64,000 nt of DNA from positions 107,879 to 171,878 of the forward strand of contig NW_027192223.1 of assembly GCF_041956535.1 (NCBI RefSeq). The letters are read 5' to 3'. The notes below the pieces were generated by a model that saw only the letters and a program-made list of their open reading frames with translations, did not search any database and was not told the DNA's origin. The translations under genes and the position numbers were made by a program. Position 1 is the stretch's first letter. Every line of letters begins with the position of its first letter. Below are positions 13,498 through 24,705 of this stretch, piece by piece. The DNA is from Calcarisporiella thermophila CBS 279.70 (Eukaryota; Fungi; Calcarisporiellomycota).

Positions 13498-15566
13498 TGA
13501 AACAGCTCTCCGGAAGCTGCCGCGACTTCCACGACCTTGCCATCCTTGATCCCGGAATCTCCCACGTCCCGCCAAAATTAGGCCCCCTCCCCCCTCCCCT
13601 TCCGAATTCCCAACGCCAATGCACCCCGCCGCCTAGCGCCGTTCTGCCCAGAGAGAAGGAGGGAGCATTGAGCGAATGCATTCTGCGAATGTATAAGGTA
13701 AGGAACCTGCAACTCTGGTCGCAACCAGCTCAGACAATACTTGATGCTGCGAATGAGCGTGGCGGATATTTGATCTCTTTTTTGAATGCTCGAAGGCCCT
13801 GGCTCCCTGCAGAGGAAACATGCTTCTCCGTGCGCAGTTTGCCGCCAAACTCGAGCGGATTCTCAATGAAGAATGGCCTGGATATGGCCTTCGAGCACAC
13901 GTGTTCGGGTAAGCCTCGCCCCGTCCCTTGGACGCCTCCCTTGGGATTTCGTGACTTGGCTCACCTACCTCTCTTCCCTGATAGATCGTCCGCAAATAGC
14001 CTGAGCTGCGTCTACTCGGACGTCGACATATGTGTGACGTCAGGGTCCGGGTCGAACTGGCCTGGAAACATTAGCGTGCTTGGAGGAGCTCTGCAAAACC
14101 GTAGGAATATGTCTGCTTCCTTTCTTCATCACCCGGTGTTGACGTAGGCTTTCCTCGAACTTAGATGGGATGGTTGGCATAGAGTGTAGAAGCGAATCAA
14201 AGGTTCCAATTGTGAAGTTCTGGGATCCCGAGTTGTAAGCATTCCTGCTCTATCGTACGCGCCGCCGTAACCTTTCCTAACTCATCTCATTGCTTCGTAT
14301 CATAGCCGGCTCGCTTGTGATATCAATGTGAACAATACCCTTGCGCTCCGTAACACCCGGCTGATTGGCACCTATGCTTCCCTCGACCCCCGCGTGCGTC
14401 CCCTCGTCCTCCTGGTCAAGCATTGGGCTCGCGAGCGCGGGTTGAACGACGCTGCCCACGGAGCGTCTCTGTCCTCCTACACTTGGTACTGCATGGTGAT
14501 AAACTTCCTGCAGACCCGCACCCCCCCAATACTGCCTTCGCTGCAGGATATGGCCAGGAGACGGGGAATATACCATGTGGAGGCTGGGGTGCAGTGCGGC
14601 TTTTTCGAAGACGTTGAGGCGTTAAGAGGCTATGGTGATGCCAACCGAGAGTGCCTGGGGCAACTCTTATATGCCTTTTTCTACCAGTGAGTATGATGGG
14701 AGTTTGCTTCTTGATGACGACTACAGTGTACTTGACCGTCCCTGGGCCAATTCTAGCTATGCAATCGAGTTTGATTATGACCACCAAGTGGTCTCCATAC
14801 GCGAAGGCCGCCTCATCACAAAGCACGATAAGCTCTGGCACGTGGGAAAAAACGCGCCCCTGCTGTGCGTGGAATGCCCGTTTATCACGACGCGCAATCT
14901 TGCCAACTCGGCTGCCTGCCCGCGTTCGCTAGCAAGATTGCGATGGGAATTTAGCCGGGCGGTGAGTATCCTCTTCACCCAATCCTGTGTCGACCCACTG
15001 TGCACCTCGGATATCAATTTCATCGATGGCGCGGCCCTGAGTGACTCGAAAAGCCTTGAGCGGGTACCGCCAGAATCATGGAGTGAGCGCTTGGAGCCGA
15101 AAAAACCGGAAAAGCAGGAGAGACCGATGGGAGCGATGGCCGTCCAGGATCGAGCCCACACGCCCTCTCTCTGCTCCCCTACTACCTATTCGTCTCCTCT
15201 TCAAAGTTCCCAGTCCCTCTCCCCACCTTCTCGGATAGTCAAAAACTCGGTGTATCCCAATAGGCCGACTCAGTGCAATATTCAATTTAACCCATATCCA
15301 CAGCAGGCTTTTCAACCAGATTCAATGCTCGCCCTTCCTCTCCCCATGACCAGCATCACCTCACAAGGATCCCTTCGCTCCACTGTGAGTTGCGCATGTT
15401 TTAAACAAAGAGCGAATCAAGTTCAGACTAGCATAGCCACTGGCATGGCTTATCCACTAGATTCACCATGTATATCGCATTTGACTGGATACGAGCAGAT
15501 GGGTATGGACGAGTGTGTGTATAAAAAAGATTACTCCCCTCCACCACCACCACCACCACCACCACC

Positions 15567-15603
<37 letters not shown>

Positions 15604-16023
15604 ACCCAACCACAAGCAGCATTCTCGTCTCCTACTGAAGAAGGATACGCGTTCAACTTAGCGCCCTATATCAACATCGGCGACGGTGACGGAGTAAAAG
15701 CTAGCTGGGGTGGCGGGGCGTATAGTTATTATCCCATGTACTTTGTCCCTGCTACAAATATCAGCATGTTCCCTAACGTATACTCGGCAGGGCCAACCCC
15801 AAAATATCCCTGGACACACTGGCAACATATGTGCCCATATCAACCCCGACTGCATTTTTACTGTTATGGAAGGAACACTCCATCTTTTGACTCCTCCACG
15901 CCCTTCGAAGGTTATGTGGTGGGTGCAGTAGGTGCGGGGTACGATCATCCAAGCAAATCACTCACTCCGCCGAAATCTCACCCTCGCAGGAAGCTACGTA
16001 AACACCCTGCGAGAATCAAGTGA
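13498..16023 (+). CDS. Cid1/Cid13/CutA-like non-canonical poly(A)/terminal nucleotidyltransferase
   Basis: Spliced AHVFG|SSAN...SDVDICV (GS...DxD), KVPIVKFWDPEL, ACDINVNNTLALRNT, LVKHWARERGLNDA...LSSY, PAP-associated LCVECPFITTRNLAN, and a P/Q-rich tail. Start is uncertain (in-frame ATGs at 13158 and 13498). Confidence 0.9.
15541..15603 (+). repeat. Coding (CCA)n(CAA)n microsatellite (polyP-polyQ)
   Basis: Direct reading; encodes the PPPPPPPPP QQQQQQQQQQQQ tract of the nucleotidyltransferase. Confidence 0.95.
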
Positions 16024-16588
16024 AACTCGTCTATAACGGTACACAGAAGGGTCTCTTCGCCAGTTGACAGGCGGAATGGGATGGTTTAATAATTAAGATG
16101 GGGATACGGCCATATCGAGTTTATTTTTGTAATATTAATAGGTTATAAATAATGATTTGTACACGAGTCTCTTTTATATACAATACACACAAGTATATAT
16201 ATGTGTGTGTTTTTGCTTATCACACTTGTAAGGACGTTGTATATTGTGTTTTTCAAACTTGGGTGGTATTCTGGCAACTGGCTACCCCCTTTTGTTTCCT
16301 TACAATCCGGCTTCAAGGTAGGGTCAATTTATTTTAATAAAAGCCTCCCGATCATTCAGCCGAAAATTTTTTGGTGGGTTCTCTCCTCTGATAACTATAG
16401 AGAGGCACGGAGGCCAACAAGGTGTAAAAAATGGCCGGCTAATCATCGAAAAAAAAAAATATTCAAGTCCATTGATCAACTTTGGAAGAAAAGAAATTGA
16501 TTGCAAGCGAAATGGCCCCATGCTTCATCACTCATAGAAAATGGAAAAAAAAAAACAAGTGCAAATAGAAATGGCATCGAACCGTTTA

Positions 16589-17824
16589 TTAACCTTCTGA
16601 CTTGTGCTTCTTCTCCTTCTTTTTCTTTTTCTTCTTTGCCGAAGCGTCCTCCTCGCCCTCCTCAGCATCCGCTGCCTTGCTTTTCTTTCCTTTCTCCTTT
16701 TTGGCCGACTTCCTGGGCGTTTCTACATCTCAGAAGAGCATCAGAGTCAGTCCCAAGTTTAGATTCCACCTCGTTTATTATACTCACCCGGTGTATCTAC
16801 CTCCATTGCGCTTTCATCGTGACTACGCTTGGTGGCTGTGGCCGCGGGGGCTCCCGTGTCGAATCCGTAAGGCTTGAAGCGCATTTTCAGGCCCTCGGGA
16901 TGCTTGGGTGGAGAGGGAACCCGGGAAAGAATCTCCTCTGCCGCGGCAGTTGCATCAGGCAGGGATGCAACCGCGTTCACGGTTAAAAATCGAGAGAAAG
17001 GCTTAGACGCTATACAATAAAAAGAAACAGAGAATGAGTGAACGAGTGAGAGAGGAAGAAGGAAATGGATACGAAAAAAGTTATTTTTCTCCAAACTAGC
17101 ACAAACACGCAAGAAAGCCAAGAAAAACAGGGGAATCCATAGTTACCAAAAGTCAGTCCGCCCCGCTTTTTGTTAGGTAAGAGGCATCCTAGTCCATCCG
17201 TTTCGCTTGTATCCTCATCGCGTGCAAACAGTCCGAACTTGCCATTATCCAGTTTTGCAAGCGGCTGAGTATCGTCTGACTGCTTTGTTTGGGGGAGTTT
17301 AACCGTGAGTCCTTCGAGCTTCTCAATGGAAACCTATTGACCAGAGCAGAGGCAATTCATCAATGAACCAATAGAAGAGCCGGAGGAAAAAGGAACACTT
17401 ACAGTATTGGGTATTCTAATTAGCCAGAGCTCTGTGTCATCACCCAGTGATGCAGCATCGAATTTTGTCTTTACGGTACTCTGATGTTCTACGAAATCTT
17501 TCGGGGGCTGGAAGCTAGGAGTCATCAATCACACATTTAGCCAACTCAAAGATGCAACGAAAAGAAGCGGCACGCTCACCTAGAGGCCTTATTATGCGCT
17601 TCCTCCTCCTCTTCATCGTCTATCTCATCCACCTCCTCACTGGATACCTCGGAGTCTTTAGTTGTGTTCTCATTCTCTTCGCTCTCAGTCTCGCTTTTTC
17701 TATCAGGTGATGAAGCCTCGCCCTCGGTCTCTTCCCTCGTCCTCTCCGGTAACTTGGTCTTTTTTGGGCTCACTCCCCCCTTGCTAGCTGACGTTGTTTT
17801 CGATTTGGATGTGGAGCCCTTCAT
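16589..17824 (-). CDS. RPA34: RNA polymerase I subunit A34.5 (Rpa34), multi-exon
   Basis: FQPPKDF, ELWLIRIP, PKHPEGLKMRFKPYG and a Lys-rich C-terminal tail KKKKKKKEKKHKSEG*. Confidence 0.85.
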
Positions 17825-17889
17825 ATTTGATCTAGCCACTCTCAAACGAGACCCAAGCCAAATGAAATAAAAAAAGACCTTCCGGTTGG

Positions 17890-17916
17890 CAGTCACATAT
17901 TGTTTATGTGTGACTT
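17890..17916 (-). promoter_or_regulatory. Inverted pair of Homol-D-like elements upstream of RPA34
   Basis: CAGTCACA at 17890-17897 and TGTGACTT at 17909-17916, ~65-90 nt from the ATG. Confidence 0.55.
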
Positions 17917-18198
17917 GTTCAGGTTTGGAAGGCTAGGTGGGAAAGTTCCATCGCGGTGTCAGAGGCGAATTAATAAGGAAAAAGAAAAATGTACATTTCA
18001 ATAAAGAAAATAATAAAAGAGAAGAAGAGAAATCAAAATGGAACAGAATAACTTAGTGGAAAGAAATTAAAAGGTAAAAGAAAAGCAAGTGAAATAATCG
18101 ACAGGGTGTGGTAGGCAAGAGGAGGAGAGTGTTAAGATAAAATGGAATAAAAAACACTAAAAGCAGAGTCTATCGAGGTAATCACAAGTCAATCTTAT

Positions 18199-20316
18199 TT
18201 AATCGGGTTCCGAATCCTTCTCCTTCAGCCCCCTTTGCAGAGCTGCCCACCGTCGGCCATCCCATATGACCTGCCGCGCGCTTGCTAAATCTCGCCGCCG
18301 CCAAAATGCGGTTGCAAACACCTTAAACGTCTCGCGATTGATTCCCGCACGGAAATGGATGGCTTTCCCCTTCTCAGCCAGTGGTGCAGTCGCGCTTACA
18401 ACCGCATCACGCGCAATGGAATCAGCCGTCGCGCCTAACAGCCGCGTAAACTTTGGATATTGAGCGATGAGCCGCGGGATCAGCCCCTTGTGCAGTGACG
18501 TAGGCGGCACTGACCCCCCCGACTGGGGCTGGGATAGCACAGTACTGCGGTAGAGATCCCAGATGTCGGAAACTCCCAGCTGGAACTCGTCGTTAAGCAA
18601 CACGCAACTCAGCAAAATATTTACAGTCACCGCATCGCCCCGTCGCAGGTGGTGTGGATGCTGGTGTTGCGGCTGCTGTGCAAGCTCTCCCGACCACCAC
18701 ACCACCCCCCGCCAATCTCGATTCGCATAATGGCCAGACATCAGCGTGTTGAATGTGTACACGTCAGGCCGTACTCCTGCAGACACCATCACGTCGTAGA
18801 CTTGCCTCGCCTCGGAGAGTTGGCCCGCACGGGTATAAGCCTTGAGCAAGAGGTTGTAGGTCCGTAAATCAGGCGTAATCCCAGCCTCAAGCATCCGGCG
18901 ATACAGACCACGCACCCGTTCCGTGTCCCCCGTCTTTGCGTGCGCATGCAAGAGCCCATTAAACGTAACTAGGTTGGGTCCCCCGGAATCTGCTCCCGCG
19001 AACTGGCTAAACACCTCTTCCGCCAGATCAGGCCGCCCAGCCTCTGCCGCACCCCAGATGGCCGCATTTAACACGGTGCGCTTGGCGCCAACATGTGCGA
19101 GGGCGGTAAGATAGACGCGGTGGGCAAGATCAAATGCCTGGCGCGCATTCAGCCAGACAATGAGCTTGCTGTAGTAGAACGGAGGTAGAGAGATTCCCTG
19201 GCGACGCATGGTTTCCGCCATGGATTCAAAAGCTAAAACGGTGACATGCGATGGGCGCCGGCGAGAGTTGAGCAGCGTCGACCACATGGAATGGATGGTC
19301 TTCTTGCGGAGTTTTGCATCGGACATATCGGTGCTCACGAGGCGTTGCTCGATGCACTTTTTGGCCCTATCGTGATCCCCAGAAAGAAGATGGGCAACCA
19401 CCAGCGCGTCTCCTGTGACATGAGTGGGATGTACCCCCAGCCTTTGCATCTCTTCTCCTATATGCAAGGCGGCTTCCGCCCGCTCGTCGGCAACACACGC
19501 TTCAATGATCTTTTCACATATTTGCGCAGATGGCTTGAGCCCCTCTCGTAACATCAACTCAAAGAAGCGCAGGGCACGGCTACACGCTCCCCTGGCAGCA
19601 TACCCCTCGATCAAGGCGGCAAAAGTGTCGTGGTCGGGATGATGGCCCCGCTCCAGCAGTTCGTGCAATGTCCGCGCCGCATGGCCAAGTGCGTTACAGT
19701 TGACAAAAGCTCGGACAAACCGATTGTATATGGGCGACAAATCCTCCGTGTCCTCAACCAAAGAGGAAAGGAAACGCTCGTAGAGAAGCTGCAGGTAGCG
19801 GATTTCAATATAGTATCGTTCAGGCGTCTTGGCACAAGTGCACGAAGCTTTATCATAGGAATTAGAGGAGGGGGCAGACAGATGCATGAGATGGGCAATG
19901 GCCTTCCCAACGGACTCTACCACCGCAGGCGGTCGCTCCACAGAATTCTCCAAAATGCCAGTGGGGGGCGGAATCTGGGATTTGAACGGAGGACGCAGCG
20001 AGATATTGGGCTTCTCTCTAACATCAGACTGCCCTAGGGTTGCTCCAGGGCTGAGCCTCGGGGACACATTCGACAGGGCGGTGTCGGTGGTGCGCGGCAC
20101 TCTGGCCGATTTACGGTCAGAGAAACGAGGGTGCACCATGGGTTCATCGCGGGACACCAATAGTCCCGTGGCACGCGTGGTGAAGTGCTTGCCGTTGATG
20201 CTCTGGAGGGGGGGCGCTGGACGGGAAAGGTTGAGAGTGCGGTCTCGCATTCGATTTCTACTACTGAACAGCGCTCTTTTCATATTCCTTGATTGCACCG
20301 CCGCGTCATGAGTCAT
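18199..20316 (-). CDS. Pentatricopeptide-repeat (PPR) protein, probably mitochondrial
   Basis: Tandem 35-aa repeats (VTFNGLLHAHAKTGD..., RTYNLLLKAYTRAGQ..., YTFNTLMSGHY). Apparently intronless. First in-frame ATG is at 20316, but the frame is open to 20436. Confidence 0.85.
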   Translation of the reverse strand: MTHDAAVQSRNMKRALFSSRNRMRDRTLNLSRPAPPLQSINGKHFTTRATGLLVSRDEPMVHPRFSDRKSARVPRTTDTALSNVSPRLSPGATLGQSDVREKPNISLRPPFKSQIPPPTGILENSVERPPAVVESVGKAIAHLMHLSAPSSNSYDKASCTCAKTPERYYIEIRYLQLLYERFLSSLVEDTEDLSPIYNRFVRAFVNCNALGHAARTLHELLERGHHPDHDTFAALIEGYAARGACSRALRFFELMLREGLKPSAQICEKIIEACVADERAEAALHIGEEMQRLGVHPTHVTGDALVVAHLLSGDHDRAKKCIEQRLVSTDMSDAKLRKKTIHSMWSTLLNSRRRPSHVTVLAFESMAETMRRQGISLPPFYYSKLIVWLNARQAFDLAHRVYLTALAHVGAKRTVLNAAIWGAAEAGRPDLAEEVFSQFAGADSGGPNLVTFNGLLHAHAKTGDTERVRGLYRRMLEAGITPDLRTYNLLLKAYTRAGQLSEARQVYDVMVSAGVRPDVYTFNTLMSGHYANRDWRGVVWWSGELAQQPQHQHPHHLRRGDAVTVNILLSCVLLNDEFQLGVSDIWDLYRSTVLSQPQSGGSVPPTSLHKGLIPRLIAQYPKFTRLLGATADSIARDAVVSATAPLAEKGKAIHFRAGINRETFKVFATAFWRRRDLASARQVIWDGRRWAALQRGLKEKDSEPD

Positions 20317-20916
20317 GCCCAGACAATGCTGTAAAATGCACACCGTGGGCAGCGGAGGAATGCGCAGTCGTAGTCCAGCGTAGAATAATGCCAAAGTACG
20401 GATGTGATGAAAAGGGATCTCTCGCTTGAAAATCACAATCTTACCAAGTCGGATTTCTCTCTACCCAAATGCCTTTTGTGTTGTTGACGCGAGAAAATAA
20501 ACTAAGCCACAAATTGAAGACGCTCTGATACTTTTCCTTGGAATGGTTTCCATGTTACTAAGGGGGCTCAAGATATTGGCCTCTAACTCTTATTTTTCCA
20601 CTTGATAGCTAGCTGCATTCATCCATAACTTGAACAGAACAAACTTGGTTTATTCTAAATAAGTAAATGCTTTAAAAATAGTTGGAATCTCATATATTAA
20701 ACAAAAGGGTAGAACTAGAGGGGATATATTTACAAAAAAGAAATTTAAATTTACTGAGGAAAAAAAAAGTAGAGAAATAATGGTAGTGTATATGTCAAGA
20801 CGATGGAGGGTAAAAACTGGAGGAAATTAGTAGGAAAAGGGGAGGCAACAGATGAAGGAAAAAGGGAGGAGAGAGGCCATGCAAACATGTATCCAAGCTC
20901 TGATGCAATCCTTTTC

Positions 20917-23900
20917 TTACTCAAGTCGAGACATGAAATTGCTCGGAATAAGTCCCCGTTGAATAACGGCAACGACCCCGTTGCGTCCGGCGTCCAGAAC
21001 TTCGGGGTTTTGTTTTTCTGCCTCCCACCACCCGTCTTCGAGCACTTCTAATACAGCAAACGCGTCCCCACGTCGGAATGAAATTTCTTCGGGTATGGTG
21101 GCATTGAAATCGTATAGAGCACGCGCCCAAAACAAAATCGGCACACCGTCGGAAGTGCACTGGTGAAGTAGAGACTTCTGGGGGCGCCGTCTATTCTTCT
21201 TATATTTAGTTTGAGTCAGGGTGGGATCCACCGAGTTGGCAACGGGGATGGAGGCAAGATGTGGCTCGACCATCTGCGGGGACATGCTCTTCTCCTTAGC
21301 AGCCATCGGAACAGAGGAGGAAGTATATGGAGTACGCGCGGCCAGTGGCGAGTGACTACCGGCGACCACCCGGGAGAAGTAAGGTGAAGATATTCTTTGC
21401 CCAGCAGGAGAGTTGCTGGGCAGGGCGGCAATGTTTGCCGGTCCTGAGCGTGCATCCACTAAAGCAGCGGACTCCACAGCAGGTTGATTGGTTGAATAAC
21501 CGGGTGGGGGATAAAGTTGTGCAGGGCTTTGGAGAATGCGTGATGATCCGGAGAGTTTGTCCTTTACGTTGTGAATTTCTGTGCTAAAGCTATGCGGATG
21601 ACTATCGCCTCTACCATTCGTCTTCTGCTCTTTATTTTCCGTCGGCACTGCTGTTGGCGGTGGGGAAGAAATGACGCCGGAAGAGGTCAGTAATTTATTG
21701 ACAAGATCCAACTGGAGGCCGAGCACATTGGCTGTGAATCGACGGGGGCGGGAATCTTCAGCTTGAGCAACAGCAGTAGTGGGCGAGGTGTTGCGGCGGG
21801 GACGAATGAAGGGAGAAGGGCATCGACTCAGCGGGCCAGGAGAATTGCTATAGATTTCCTCCCCCATCACCTCTGGCCTTCCTATCGCATTATCCTGACT
21901 CGTTTTTTGATCCTGAGGTATGGGCTGCACAGACTCTTGATGTGGGTTTGCTGGGGGCTCATGAGCAGGCCAGGCTCCAGGCATACTGTTAGGGTCGGAT
22001 GACTTGTCTGAGGGTTGCAAAGGATCAACTTTTTGCGCCGGGGTTGGTTGATCCAATACTGCCTCACTAGGTGTGCTTTTGGGAATCGGTTTTGCGGCTC
22101 GTTTCTTCTCTTGGATTTTAGGCTTGGTGGGGCACGTAGACGCTAGTCCCTCTGACGAAGAGGAGGCTCCAGATGGAGACCCAACGACCTACAAATATTC
22201 AAATTGAACAAGCAAGCGTGAGTCGATGCTTGAAATTAGAAAATATTTGCATCTCTCACCTTTTGTTTCTGAGGTGATTGGTTACTCCTTGGGAGCGGTA
22301 TCTTGCTCAGATGTTTTGAGGTCGCGGATTCGCTCGGCTGCAGGATCTGGGTTTTGGGCGAGGTATCGGATCTTTTTGTGGTGTTTCTATCAGGTGTTTT
22401 ACACTCTGCCTCACTGCTCTTAGGCGGTGTGGATGTTCTCCTGTTAGGTGAGACGGCATTCTCCGTAGTCCTCTTAGCAGCGGAATACTTTGGCTGAGAA
22501 TCGGTTCCACTGGAGACGGGATCCCTCACCCTTTTAACCGCAGATTCCTTGGCAGGCAGCAGGTCTTTATTTGCTCCTGCATCTGATGCTGAAGGAGATC
22601 TCTGTTTTTCCTCCTTCGGTGGGGATACAGCTTTCCCGTTACTTCCAATCTTGGCTAGTTGTGCAACCAAGGCCGACACTGACTTGCGTTTTGTCCAAGG
22701 TGACTGTGGTAACATTTTGACTGCAGTCCCTTCGCTCTCCTCCTCACCACTAGCATTCGTTTTCCCTGGCTGGGCTGGAGTCATTGACTTGGCTCTCCGG
22801 CTCGTTCTCTTTGCGTCCCTTTCCACCTTCATTTCTTCGCCCGAAGAAACAGAGGACGCCAAAGTTTCCTCGCTCAGGGGCAATGGGCTAGTGTCTCCTT
22901 CCTCATCCGCCGTAGGACTAGTTGTCTCATCATCATCCTCCTCGTCAGATGAGTTCCTAACACCACTGGGGTTTTTACGAATATACGGCTTGGTCGATTC
23001 ATCCGAATCCGTGGAATCACCCAACAAATTATATCGAGTGGCAGTGGGAGAGACGGTTTGAGCAGAAGCAACCCCTCTGGGTGAGTTTTTTGATTTCGAA
23101 GAGGGGCTTATGGCCATGGGAGCGGCGCTATCTCTATGTTCGACGGAGACCTTGCGATTTTTACCGGGAGTTTTCTTTTTATCGCCGTTGAGAAGGTCAT
23201 CCACAGAATCTACATTATAGGAGTGATGAGACGGTTGATTTCTCTACCGGCTATCCAATTGCCATCTCTTACTTGATAGGCCTGCGCCCGTTCCTTTCTC
23301 TTTTACAAACATCAAGATATCCTTTTCGATATCACACTTCTCGAGAACAGACCGAATTCTCTCGCAAGACTAAGTAGCATTCGGGATCAGATATGAAGAT
23401 GGATATTCACAACCCTAAATTAGCTAATTACCTCGTCATCTGATACACATACTGTCGACAAGATATTTGCATAGTTCCACAAATAACTTCGCAAATAGGT
23501 AATGCGCTCCTCTTCCATCTCTTGATATTGCTATTGACAACCAATGAAAGATTAACCGAACCCTATCGCCAATGAAAAACGATCGGTTGACCTACATTAC
23601 AAGCCGCGGTCCAGTCCGTCTTCCATTTCTTTAAGGCAGCCTTTTGCCCTTCCAATGCGCTCTTATACTCTTTCTCTATAAAAAAAAGACGATGCAACTC
23701 AGCTCCGTACTGAATCACGCTTTTGAAGGAAGCATTAGTTACCAGTTGAGCGAACATTTTGCCTGCACTTAAGTAGTTTGACCTCTATCTTTTCCAGGTC
23801 ACGACCAGAGGAGGATTTAACTTGTGCCTCAATATCCTTGCACCGGGTGATTTCTGCCTCATGTTTCTCTTTTGCCTGAGTGATAGGCGGCAGTAGGATT

Positions 23901-24705
23901 CATTAGTAAAAGCAATACACCGAAAGAACATGTGATAACATCGGTCCGAAATTCTGTTACCTTGTTAACATAAGAAGTGTGAAGTTGTTTATGTCGGCGA
24001 GTTTTTTCCACTTTTGTTTGTTGCTATTAATTGAAAGATACAGGATTTTTAAGTAACGCTATTTGAACAAAGATAGGCCAAAAGTCCAAATGAAAAATAC
24101 TATTTTTCTCTTATCCCGTTGAATCATCATAAATTCGCACAAGGGCCTCTCCAGCTGGAGTCGCATCTGGGATGCGAGATCTAGGTGAGATCGGCCAACC
24201 GCCTCGAGCTCATCTCGCACAGTGTCCAGAGAACATCTTAATGTACTGTTTTAATAAAAAAAATGGACTCGTGAAATTTGGCTCATTTGCGTAAAATAAT
24301 CCGTGAAAAATCCCATTACCCTATTTCATCTCTTCCTAATGGTGACTTGGCAAGTTTCAATAGCTGTCTCCCGTAGTCTTCCTCGATTTTTATTCTTCAA
24401 TTATTGAAAAGCAAGGTAGACAGGTCAATATATATTTGTTCTCCCACGGCCAAAAGAAAACAACCAAACCTACCTTCCCATATACATTTGCCTCACTTCC
24501 TCGCATGTTTGTTTAGCCTGGCGCATCCTAAACATTAACACCTCGAATCCAGAATCATCTTTGCTCTATTATTAATAGATGAATCAGTTGAAAATAGCCT
24601 GGCGACTCCAATGGAGTGGGAACTTACCCAAAAGTTTTTGGCAAATATACTGCGAGGAGGAGGCGGCGGCGGCTGATCTTGGTTGGTAGTTCGTTGTCTT
24701 GGCAT
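20917..24705 (-). CDS. F-BAR + SH3 cytokinesis protein (Cdc15/Hof1/Imp2 family), multi-exon
   Basis: Spliced N-terminus FAKNFW|SKDDSGFEVLMFRMRQAKQTCEEV..., YLRSYLWNYANILSTVCVSDDE, a disordered middle and a C-terminal SH3 (ARALYDF...EISF...GWWEA...GLIPSNF). Confidence 0.9.

Noticed and set aside
14632-14756. Apparent frameshift in the nucleotidyltransferase
   Set aside because: Resolved by a canonical GTGAGT...TAG intron.
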